Assembly (NCBI GenBank): GCA_964187785.1
Contig: OZ076420.1
Span: forward strand, 36,208,001 to 36,272,000
DNA length: 64,000 nt
Origin: Amphiscolops sp. MND2022
Lineage: Eukaryota
Reading direction: 5' to 3'
The position numbers and the translations under genes were made by a program. This document shows positions 36,396-47,997 of this stretch, one piece after another. The notes below the pieces were generated by a model that worked only from the letters and a program-made list of their open reading frames with translations, made no database searches and had not been told where the DNA came from. Position 1 is the first letter of the stretch. Each line of letters starts with the position of its first letter.

Positions 36396-37316
36396 ATGAA
36401 CATGTCGAGTTCGACAAATTCCATGTCTAGCGGGTATCGCTAGGCACCGTCTCAGTTGTTTTAGGCGCAGTAATTATACTTTTATACTCAATTGTGGTGC
36501 TGATTTTGGTGTTTAAGCATGCATCCGTCACCTGGGGACATCGCCTACTACCTGCCCTGCCTGAAGTTTTTGTGGTGAAGTCTCAGATGCCTTCTGGAGT
36601 GTTCCTGGTGGAAGACCTAGTCAGCAGAACTCGGAAAGTTGCAGCAGCTGACACCTTCTATCCAGTGACGCTGGTTAGGAGAGCTGAGATTGACGACGAA
36701 GGACTGTCAGTACTGCGAAACAAAAATGCTGAACTGATGACGGAACGGCAATCTTTTGTTTTTCAACTGGATGCTCTCAAAGCTGAGATCCTCAGTTGGC
36801 AGAAGAAAGCAGACATCATTGAAAGCCAACTACAACTCCGGAAGGAGGCAGCAAATCAGCGGCAACAATCCTTGACTGAGTACAAGGAAACGTCGAAGAA
36901 ATTGAGGCGACAAGTGGACAGCCTTGAAGCTGACTATGCCGCAGCGATAACTGCAATAGAGGAGAGTCGCAGTCGAGAACAAAACTTGGTGGAGGAGCTG
37001 CAGTTGCAGGGCGAAGCTATCAATGGTCTCAAGAGGGAACTGGAAACCAGAGAAACCTTCGAAATGGGCGACAAGCTGACGCTGTACGACCAACTTATGG
37101 TGTCGTCCAATGTTTCAGTTGAGGCCATTGCAAAAAGATTTAAAAAAACTCAGCCTGTTCTGCCACCCAGATCATGGAGGCTCCTACGACGTGTTGGTTT
37201 GGCTTCAGAAGGCACATCGGATACTAAGTGAACCCGAGGCAAGACTCCTATACGACGCTGAGGGATTTGAGGCAGCAGAGGAGTTTCTCAGTTTTAAAAA
37301 CAACAGCAAAGACTAA
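36396..37316 (+). pseudogene. J-domain protein 2 (TM segment, N-domain, coiled coil, J-domain)
   Basis: TLYDQLMV..AIAKRFKK joined across a one-base shift in an A7 run (37142-48) to LSLFCHPDHGGS..LQKAHRILSEPEARLLYD. An N-terminal hydrophobic stretch needs a one-base shift near 36433. Confidence 0.82.
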
Positions 37317-37389
37317 AGATTTGCGTGTTTTAATGTTTGCTTGTTTATTTCTTCTAAACGGCGAATATTTTATCATATAGAGGGGGCAA

Positions 37390-37828
37390 TATAGGAAACC
37401 TATATAAGGAATTTTGGGAAAATTAAAAATGATAAACATCAAACGTTCGGACAGATTTACGATGAGAATCAGATTATTGTTATCAGACATATTCGAATAA
37501 AGGTTGTCGGGGATTGACAATCCTAGGTTAACCAACTGTCGAGCTTCGACAGTAAGATATCCAAAGTAAGTAAAAAACCGTCGGATTTTGACGGACTGTA
37601 TTGAAAAAATATAAAAACCTTCAGATATTGGGTGACTTCGCCAGACTATCAAAAAGATAAAGGTATTTAAGCGATTTGAGTAGTTGGTTATTTGCTTTTC
37701 GCCTATTGTCAAAATTCCTAGAGCTATATCTCACATTGAATACCTTCACAAACTCAAACAAACATTTCTTCCATCTGGACATAGAATTAATTCTTCTATA
37801 ACCACGTTTTCGTATTGAGCACGTTACA
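37390..37828 (+). repeat. 3' LTR preceded by a polypurine tract
   Basis: AGAGGGGG just upstream (about 37379-86). Homologous to the 5' LTR. Confidence 0.9.
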
Positions 37829-37832
37829 AGAG

Positions 37833-37932
37833 TGACAAGAGGAAAAGTTCGAAATCGTGCAAGCCGAAGCAAAACAAGCCATCAAAAAAGGAGAGGGAAA
37901 AAGCGAAACGGAAGAAAGAGGCAGCTAGATAG
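37833..37932 (+). pseudogene. SGNH-like ORF, part 3 of 3 (basic tail)
   Basis: Joining across the AGAG TSD gives LKNLYKSDKRKSSKSCKPKQNKPSKKEREKAKRKKEAAR*. Confidence 0.65.
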
Positions 37933-40900
37933 GTAAGTTTAACTGTGTTGTTTGATTTTGTTTGGAGTGCCTTCGCAACCTTCACTGGTAGGAAGGGGCT
38001 CAGACGATTTCTCAATATTACAGTTATTCGATCTGCGATCTGTTTATCTTTTGTTAAACTCTTTTACTCTTTGAGAATGGGAGACAAAGCTAGAAACCAG
38101 TCAACGAAATATCCATGCGGTACTTGTAATCTTGAATGCAAGGATGGTTCAGTTTCCGGTTTTTAATGTGGTTGTTGGTACCACGCCTGCGATTGTTCCG
38201 GAGTTGCTGCAAATGTCCTTAGATGTCTGCAAAACACCTCGGGACTTATTTTGTTGTGTAAAAACTGCAAAGACAGTGGTAAGGATCGGGTGAGCGGAAA
38301 TAGGTCGAAGGAACGTGGCCGAAAATCAGAATCAGTCGTCAGGTCGACATACAAACTTTTTGGATGGGATCGAAACAACTCGGATCGAAATTTTTATAAC
38401 GTAGTCAGATGTGTTCACATACCCCTAGTGCCCTGAATGCAGGAGCGACGCGAAGCGGAGCGACGTGCCATATGGCCATGCCTCAATGTTGCTACGTGGC
38501 GAAGGGAGCGAAGCGACCGAGCCATACAACAAATACGATGAAAATCGACCGCATTCTATTCGATCCCTGCAATTCGATCAAAAGGTTCGACCTCTATCCT
38601 TTCGACCAGAAAAATTCGACCTTTTTACAGCCAGCCACCAGTAGGGATCTGATCCGAAATGGACCAGACGATAGCAATGAAATCGGCAGTAAGTTAGCTT
38701 GCATACAAAAGCAGTTAACTGAACAACAACTGAGTGAGAACAAGCTAGAAAACACAGTGCAGAAGATACAGCCTTCAGAAGTTGAAGAGCGAATACCGGA
38801 TTTTGAACCAAAATTGGAGAGAAAAATCAATTTAGTCATCGAAAAACAGCAGCAGATTCCTGAGCAAATCAAGACATCGTGGCAAAAATCAATGTACCGC
38901 CTCCGATACCAAATATGAAGTAGATAATGAAAGAAACTCTGCAACAGCAGGAACAAGAAAAGAAGGACAATGCGAAGCGTGAGAACAATCTGGTACTCTT
39001 TAATGTTCCAGAAAGGAAACCCCAAGGAAAGAGAAAATGAGGACCTACAAGTCTTTAATCAATTTTGCGCAGAGGGTTTAAGGGTTGAAATGGATGAAAG
39101 CCAAATAGACAAAGTAATACGACTTGGGAAAATTAGCAACGAAGACGCAGCAAGACCGAGACCACTAAAAATTGTCCTTAAAGAGAAAAAGGATAAAGTA
39201 AATATCTCCAGAGCATTGAGAAATTTGAAGCAAGCAGAATTGCAATTTCAACGGATTAGTGTTTCTCATGACTACTCAAGACAGACCCGTGAACAAATAA
39301 AGTCAATGATTGATGAAGCTAAAAAGAAGGATGGAGAAGACTCAATAAACTACAGATATACCATTAGGGGAACTGCAACTCAATTACAGGTTCAAAAGCG
39401 CCGCAGAAAAACAGATACAAACGCTGCCGCAAATGAATTCTGACTAAATTCAATCAATGTTTTATTATATAATGTACAAAGCCTGATCGATTTGAACACA
39501 AGGATTAAATTTGCTGACTATGTCTACAGACTTGATTTTGACGTTTCCCTTTTAACTGAGGCATGGCTCACTACTCACATTGAAAATGCGGAACTGTTTC
39601 TTCCCGATTATGATATTATACGAGGTGACAGACCAACAGAATCAGAGGAACTGAAGCAGGTACAAGGCCACAAATCAACTGAATCAGATGCGTCTCGCCA
39701 TGGCGGTGTATTGATAGCAGTGAAGAAAACTATCAAATCCGAGGAAGTTAGTGTTGACGAATTACCTCTACCAGTTCAATCTTGACTTCGCTTTACTAAA
39801 CTGATTGGCTTAGAACCTTTGTACGTTGCAGTTCTCTACAATCCTCCGGGAAAAAGGAAATACCGGATATCTATTGAGGACTTACAGAAGTTATTGCGCT
39901 TCTCTAAGGAAACGTGCTCCAAGCGTCTCCTCTTTACCGGTGACTTCAAAATGCCTCGCACTAATTGGAGTTCCTACGATTCTGTCGATGATCATGAAAA
40001 TCAGATCGCTTCGCTAGTGTTTGATTTGAACTTAAAACAATACATTGATTTCAATACAACAAAGAAAAGCTGTCTTGATCTGTGTTTTGCAATGAAGACT
40101 CAATCAAAAATGATACAAAGCTGTGCGGAAAGCTATCTCGGTTCTCAGTCCATTTTCCTATCACCATCAATGTGTCCAGAAACAGTAAAGTCCCAGAGAA
40201 ATTGTCAACGAGATACTTTAGTTACTGCAATTGTGATTTCGATGCGTTGAATGAAGATATCATTGCCAATCCATTCGAACCGTACTGCTATAGCAATGTG
40301 GATGTTAACACGAATCTCTGGTATGAATGGATTTTTCAATTGATCGGAAAATATGTTCCCATCCGAACTAAAAACAGGCAACTATTGCCTCCGTGGACAT
40401 CTGCTGGGACATCACATCACATGAACATGATTAATGCAGAGCGAAGAAAACTGCGGAAAAAAGGACTGTGTACGTCTGAAAAACTGAAAAGGCTAATCGA
40501 AGAGTGTGATCAACTGCAAACAAATGATAGAGTCGATTACGAACGAAAGATTTTTGCCAGCAGACTCAAATGACGAATTTTCAAATATTTCAAAAGCCTG
40601 AAAAGGGAGAGTCTACCGCCAGTTATAGAATCCAAAGAGCCTGAAAAAGGCAGCTGCCACAGATCTTGAGAAGGCAAACCTATTCAACAATTACTTTGCT
40701 GCGGTAGTGACTGACGATGATTATGAATACTTCCAACCAAGCGAAAGCATATTTACGGGGAAAATGACATCAAGATAACGGAAGACTTGATAAAAACAGA
40801 GCTACGGTCTTTTTACATCTCGAAGATCAGAGGTCACGATTCGATTCCACCCATATTGTTTAAAAAATGCGGGGATCAATCGCTACGTCCCTTCGAACTT

Positions 40901-42425
40901 TGTTCAATATTATCAAGCGATTGCGCAACTTACCATCTGCATGGAAGACTGGAATTGTCAGTCCGATATCCAAAGATGGTGACAAAAGAGAGGTTTCGAA
41001 CTACAGGCCAGTTACTCTCCTGAACATAATCTCAAAATCTTTTGAAAAATTCATATTTGCACCAGTTTATACTGCGTCTGCTAGTTTAATGAGTAGTTTC
41101 CAATTCGGTTTCAGGCTAAGACGTTCAGTTGTACTGCAATTATTCTACAGCTTATCTCATATTTACTCACACTTGAGCTCGAGTGACTCTGTTAATTTAT
41201 TAGTCCTATTTGATTTCTCTAAAGCGTTTGATAAAATAAAGCATAGTATCCTGATGAAAAAGTTGCTGCAAATTCCCATCTCTAAGGCATTATAACAATA
41301 CAAGAGCTAATACAAGTTTACCTATTGGGAAGAACACAGAAAGTGCGAGTAGCTGACCAGTTATCGAATGAGCGGGCTGTAACATCTGGAGTCCCACAGG
41401 GATCGGTGTTGGGACCATTACTCTTCTTGATTTATATAAACGATCTCCCCACTGTTGTTTTCTCATCGTTGGTTTTACTAATAGCCGACGATTTGAAAGA
41501 TTTTCAATGGAAAAGCTGAACAAGAATCCTTAGAGAAACTACAAATCAACTTACAAGCCCTTCACAACTGGATTGTGCAAAATCATCTACTATTCAATTT
41601 GAAAAAGTGTTCAATCAGCAAATTTCAGTTCGGCAGAAATAAGAACACTCGGGAAGGAGTTTGTTTTATTATGGAGGGTCGAAGTTTAAACCAGAAAAGC
41701 CTTGTTCGTATCTGATGATAGACGAATCACTAAACTGAACCAAGCACGTCAAAGTAAGAGTTGGGAAGGCAGCAAAATCTTTCTCTCTGCTAAGAAGAAG
41801 TACGTCCCCGATCATTTGTACCCAAAGTAAAGCCCATCTCTACCGAACAATAATACCAGCGTCGTTGTTTTTTGCATCCGAATGCTGGGAACTAAAAAAA
41901 AACTAGTTTCAAAATCATTGAAAGATTCAAGAAAAAAGTTTTGAATTGGATTTGCGGGAACTTGGATTATAAGGACGCTTTGGTCCAATCAAACTTATTA
42001 CCACCACTCTACTTTAAAGTCCTCAAAGACCTTTTATTTTTCAATAACTTACTGGAAGGAAGATACAATTAGGATTTTTCGAAAGAATTCAAAATCCACA
42101 AAATCACAAACAGCGGTAGAACGAGACGTGTTGTGCTTCCAGACACTAGATATGAAATACAGAGGCAGCAATTTTGGTACAGAATTCGATTCAGAATAAA
42201 CGTCGTGCAAAGATCTCTCGATTTCTTCAACCCGGAGAATCTCAGGAAGAAACTACTTGAATATATGTGGATGTATTTTGACAGACATTACACTGAAATC
42301 AATCCCTGTACTTGGATATTGCTTATGTGTGGACTGTGGTGCCAATCCTGGATTGTAATAGCGGGGTATGATTCTCCAGTGGCATATCCAGGAAGCCCTA
42401 TTTATAATAATACTAATAAATTTCT
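37933..42425 (+). mobile_element. CR1/L2-group LINE, degraded
   Basis: ORF1 from ATG 38077 has a PHD finger (CGTC..C..WYH..C..CKNC), a coiled coil and an RRM-like region (NNLVLFNV, RPRPLKI). ORF2 has APE (LTEAWL, GDFKMP) and RT ([28 protein letters not shown]). TAA-rich 3' end. Boundaries approximate. Confidence 0.88.
38288..38640. mobile_element. Mutator-type MITE, copy 2, inserted at the end of the LINE PHD finger
   Basis: Homologous to 23709-24057. 9-bp TSD GTAAGGATC / GTAGGGATC. Confidence 0.88.
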
Positions 42426-42429
42426 TGAA

Positions 42430-45400
42430 TGAACAAAACGGTCATTGAATACAGCTTTACAAGTAGTAAAGTTGGCTTAAGTGGTCTTCGTCCTTAACCG
42501 TGTCATCTACACTGGCCTCATTGCCTGCCTGGATTGCGAGAGAGTCGCTGCATGAAGAACGACCCGGCTCTATTTTCCTTGTTGAACACGCACAATTTTT
42601 TACACAGGTTCCCCAAGAACGTGGACGTGGAAGGTCCGACTCCTCCCTGGATTTCATAGGCTAAGGGTTGGAAGATGTATCTTTTGTCAGTCAAACAAAC
42701 GTACTTAGCTGTTTTCAATTCCTCTGCATCCTCAGCGGCTGTACTTGGGTCGGCAACAAATCCGTTCTCTATTCTGCTGGGGGCAAGAAGATCGACATAA
42801 TTAACATCCCAAACTAATTGCTTGCCTTCCTCCCAGGGCGCAAGGGTTATTCCGTCTGGGCGCTTTCTGTTTGTTCGGGTCAGTCCATTTGGTTCCAGAA
42901 TTGAGGGAACATTGATGGAACTCAGCGCCTGTTTCACTAGAGTAATAAAGTTGTGGTGCCTTGAGAAACGTCCCGCGCTTCTGGCACAGGAAAGACCTTG
43001 ATGTCCGCTCTTAACCATAACGGCAAGTGTGTTTCTCGCAACTTTTCGCGCCGAGGCGAAGGGAAAACGAGATGGTTACCAGTCACTTGGCTTGATACCT
43101 TTTGGCTTAATTTTTTTGTCGAGTCATTTGGCTTAAAAAGTTTGAGCCAAGTGACCACACAAAATTAGGCCAACTCCATTCCAACTCAAGGAATAAATAT
43201 GTCAACTCCCGAAAATATCATAATGTGGGGCATATGCGATGTATGCACGCTCGCCCTCACCGTCGCAAAGACCAGCTCCCACTACGATTGCTTCGCGATC
43301 TTCGTTCCCGCTAGGTCTTTGCTATTGTTCGATCTCGCTTAGCACTAGAGGAAATAAGGACATATCCGAGGGGTACTTGATATGACATGTTATAATGATA
43401 CGCTGACTACGTAATAAAGATAAATTCGACAAAATCGGCCACGTTTTTTCAACTTAGTGGTTTTAAGTCAAATGACTTTAAGCCAAGTGACCAATACCCG
43501 AGACACTTAGCCTAAAAAAATTTAGTCAAGTGACCAATTGTATTAAACCAAATGGCTTTAAGCCAAATGGCATTAAGCCAAGTGACCATTTACCAACGAG
43601 ATGCGCAGTTGCTGATCTGTTAACTTCAGACCAAAATTTTTGCTTTGTACAACATTCAGCCAAGCGGAACCAAAGGGGTCTTGGTAAGCGTTCAATCTTT
43701 TGACATTTTCCATATCAAGGTCTGTTATAAATTGATCAAAAGTAGCATCACTCAAAGGAGACGTCCAATGTTTTTGGATGAGGTCCGACGTTGCTTCTGA
43801 TAGGTTCGCTTTCTTCAGGCACAAAGTTAATGCCTTTTTCAAACGATGCATCAACATAGTCTTCCGGAAGAATACAAAACAGAGCACATTTGGCGCCCGT
43901 TGCTGAAACTAAAAAGCAGGAAGAGCAATCTGGGAAGCCGATGCAATGCCTATGCCCCCTTTGGAGACTGGGCGAATTGCCTGAGTATAGCTGCTTTCAT
44001 GAAAATTGACATTACAGATTTTGGACAATGATTTGCGGATAATGGAATCATATTGCTGTAAGAGATCCAACTCTTCAAAGAAAGGGCTGGTGCGAAGAAT
44101 GTACAGTAGTTTGGGTAGACTGAAACAATGCTTCAATAGGTAGAAAGCATAGTGGGCACGCAAAAAAGACCGTGCAAACAGTCTCCTTCAACTTTTAAAA
44201 CAGTTGCACATATGCGCAACACAGATGTTGGTTCCAAGACGTAAACCAATTGGAATCCGAAGCTACAGGTCATCAAAGTTCAGGCTTAGGTTCTTGCAAG
44301 GAACAACGTTCAGTCACTGACACACGAAGTTGTCTTGATGAACGTTAAAAACTTTTGAACGTTTGTCATCCATTATAGAAATAAAATTAGGGTGGTTTTG
44401 ATGTAGACAGTTTGTGTCCAATTGATCTGAGTTCCATCGAAAAGACTTTCTTGGTAATTCGTCAAGCTCAGCCCTTTCTCAAGTGCTTTTGTGAACGACA
44501 CATCCTCGAACTGTTCTGCGAAACTTGTCGCGATATTTCACTCGCATGAAAAACTGAGGCCAAAAAGGCGGGAAATGCCAATAATGATGCGAGCGAAACA
44601 CCAAGACAATCCATTTCAGAGGGCAGAGCCAGCTGAGGACACTAAATAATTCGAATTTCACGTTACACACTTCGGAAAGCCTGTCGCGTAGGGTCTTGGT
44701 AATTTTGTCCAGGAAGCTGGTTGATTAAAACATGTCTGATTCCCAAGAAGTACAACACTTTTGGCAGACTGAAGCACGTTTTCAACATAAAATCATATGT
44801 GCATCCACTTTTTCAACAATTACAGTAGCTTTCTCCAGTTCATTAGGTTCATTTCCAAAAAAGTTTGTCTGCGATTTCGAGCCGAGCGGTGAACCAAGAA
44901 TGATAAGATGACCAATGATCATCTTTTGTTGGTGTTTCGATTCCGGAGCAATTTCGTTGGAAAGATGCTGGAATTGTCAACAAGGAAAAGTTTCGCATTT
45001 CGTGGGTGTAGTTTCGAGTACCGGCATTTTTTAAATCTTTCAAAACGCTTCTGTATTTGTCACTTGAATTTCAATCGTCGAGGTACCACAAGTATTTTAT
45101 ATCAGCACCCCTTTTGATGTTTACACCTACTTATCGACTTCCGTATCTGGCTTGACGTGGTTCGAAGACCTGATATTCAGCTCATTTTGCGAGTTACCGG
45201 CGGAAAGTAATGCCTACAGCAATACGACGAAGTCCTCCATCGATGAATTCTGCTCAAAGAATTTCGCTCAAAAGAAGTACTTTTCTTTCGAGAATCACAT
45301 TGACAAGATTTGTTAAGGTTGTGAAAAAACTCAGTTCACTATGCCCGTTGGATTTGGCAGTCAAATCTTTCAAGACTTGGGGCGAAATGCCATCCACGTC

Positions 45401-47190
45401 TTCACTAGAGACGTTGGGGAAGGGCATGCGAGCCTTGTGGACGAAAATCTCCGAGGTTGAAAAACAATCGCAATCTGCGGTGTCCGGAATGCAGCAAGTG
45501 TCCCTCTGCGGATGTTTCAGCTTGAGGGCAGCGTAGTTGTCGATGGTGAAAACTGCAAGCTTGTCGTCGCCTAAAGCGATGGACGTTTGGATGGAATGAA
45601 TTTGCGCGAATAAGCAATCTGTCACTGAGATCGAAGTAAAATGGTCAAAGAAAATGAGATCGAAAAAAAGTTTTCAAACACCTAGCATATTCAAACAACA
45701 AAAGTTTTGGCCGTCGGAGATTTCCCCATTTCCTCTAGTGCCCCGCGGCCCCTTGCGGCCGCTTATTTCCCATCTTGCTAAGTGAGGTGGAACAGGAGCA
45801 AAGACCCAGCGGAAAGAGATCGCGAAGCGATCGTAGTGGGAGCTGGTCTTTGCGACGATGAGGGCGAGCGTGCATACACTGCATACAACCACATCGTATG
45901 TGGGAAAAATTACCTAAAAAGTTTTAAACACTTTTAAATGCTTTGCAGGAGCAAAAACCTAGCAAAACGGAACTATTCGACATCAAAATTTTCGATCCAT
46001 TTTCGATCTCGCTTTTCGCTCAAACAAAAAATTGATCCAAAAATACCCCATCGTTGCCTAATGCTGTTCTGATTCCGACCTTAACAGCACCTGTATCGAT
46101 TTTAGTGCAAACAGAACTCAGTCGTCGATCTAACTCAATTGTTGGCAGCGGATTTCTGTCCGGTTTTGGTTGTTCCTTAATGACACCATACCAAATCAAT
46201 TTTGTCAAACTTTTCCAGGAAGGCTGATTGAGAAAAACATGTATTGGTTCTCAAGAAGTTAAAACTTTGGCAGACTAAAGCACGATTTCAACATGAAATC
46301 AAAATGTGGATCCAGTTTTTCAACAATTACAGTAACTTTTTCCAGTTCATCTAGTTCATTTCCAAAAAAGTCTGCCTACGATTTCGAGCCGAGCGGTGAA
46401 CAAAGAATGAACCAAGTTCATCTTTCGTTGGTGTTTCGATCCCGGGGGCAGATTGTTTGGAAAGATGCTGAAAAGGTAAACCAGGAAAATTTTCGCATTT
46501 CGTGGGTTTACTTTCGAGTACCGGCGTTTTTCCGGCCTCAACTGTTTGTTTTAGATCTTTCAAAACGCTTCTGTATTTGTCACTTAAATTTCAATCGTAG
46601 AGGTATTACATGTTTTTTCGACTCCAAACTGTCAATCAGAACCTGGATAGAATCCGAAATTAAAACTGGAAACGCAGGATCTCCTTGCTCGGTTCCTTCC
46701 ACCAGATTTGTTTTTTGATCACCATAAAAAAGAAAACATGGCTGACTGTACGCCGAGTGTGATTACTTATAAGTTTCAAAATTTGTGTATAAAAAGTTTT
46801 CTCCAGCATGAATTTGTCGGTTTATCGAATTGAATGCGTTTTCGGAGTCTATGTTTAAAAATACGTTTTCTTTGGACTGGGAACTTTCTTTCAGACAACG
46901 GAAAACATGTGAGGCCAACTCAGCGCCCTTTTTGATACCTACATCTACTTGTCGACTTCCGTTTGAAGCTTGACGTGGTTCGAAGACATTTTATCCAGCA
47001 CACTTTGCGAATAACCGGGAGTACGTATTGCCTACAGCGATAAGACAAAATCCCTCCATCCGACTTTTTAGAGCAATTAATTAGCTTCGGATTTTGCAAT
47101 GATTTCAGAAAAGAGACGAGTAAAAACATCTATGACACTGTTTTGCTAGTTTGTCGTTGCAGTTGGGCTGAAAAACCAAACGAAATCACT
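42430..47190 (-). mobile_element. Scrambled fragments of two or more CRE-like elements (third subfamily)
   Basis: RLE motif RPDGITLAPWEEGKQLVWDV. YAFYLLKHCFSLPKLLYILRTS. GTEQGDP near 46680. Segment 44700-45200 is repeated at 46200-47050. Confidence 0.8.
43074..43594. mobile_element. Foldback-type non-autonomous DNA transposon
   Basis: TIRs GGT.A..[AG]GTCACTTGGCTT, tandem subterminal AGCCAA(G/A)TG(A/G)C motifs, 8-bp TSD AACGAGAT (43066-73, 43595-602). Confidence 0.85.
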
Positions 47191-47997
47191 TGACCCACAC
47201 CCAAGTGCGGTATGGGTTTTCCCCAACCGGGAAACAACACCAGGTATCAGCTAAACACGGCCAATGAGAAAGCTTGTCCAGAAAGTCACTTCGACGACCG
47301 GACCACAATCACTGATGCAGCAGGGAACACCGCGGCAACACAACACTTGGGCCGGACTACCGCCTCCAAAGAAAATGATACTCCCCCATTGGCTAATTAC
47401 CCCCCAATCGTAGAGAGGGCAATGAAGAATAAGAAGCATTTAGAGGACAAACTAGTATGAGACTCTATTCTATATATATATATAATTAGTCTCACATACC
47501 TGCCAACATTTTACCAAGATATGCTCTTATTCTTACTCAGTACAGGTTGACGAGAGATAAAATTCGGTTTTGTTGCAATACTTAATTTTCATACTCAGAA
47601 GTTACAACAGTCCCCTTCGAGTTTTTTGAAATTTTGCAACAGAATGTATGCTAATAAATCACAAACGGTTCCCCTTTTACATGTTCCGGCACTATGCGAC
47701 TTTTCCCGGGAAAAACTGTTTTTTTTTGTTCCCAATTGCGGAAAAAGTGGTTTCCGAGTCATATCGAGCATGAATGCCCCCTTTTTGTGTCTTGAAAGTG
47801 TTTTCGGAGTTTCTCACAAAAACGACCTGGGTATATTTTGAAAACTTTGTGCTTCTTTAGCCAGGGATAGAGCGCCGACTTTAAACGTTCCCGTCTTGTT
47901 TTCTTGAAAATTGGCAAAGTGGTTTCAACCTCAGAACCCTTCAGTTGTGTAATTAAATGGCTAAATGTTAAAATATAGTGACCGAGCGAATCGCTAG

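Larger units (their letters stand above)
23610..37828 (+). mobile_element. Gypsy/Ty3 LTR retroelement with env-like and two J-domain genes
   Basis: Two homologous LTRs of about 440 bp ending ACGTTACA. 4-bp TSD AGAG (23606-09, 37829-32). PBS, PPT, and gene order gag-PR-RT-RH-IN. Confidence 0.93.

Noticed and set aside
37136-37150. Programmed frameshift in J2
   Set aside because: The run is out of phase for X_XXY_YYZ and a +1 shift is needed; more likely an indel or sequencing error.
44690-47150. pogo/Tigger transposase fragments
   Set aside because: Another frame gives PTKCE..IILGSPLGSKSQ..KNCFSLPK, which is the CRE RT region.
47212-47990. Short ORF, (TA)n hairpin and a CATACCTGCCAAC terminus
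   Set aside because: No partner TIR or recognisable product.
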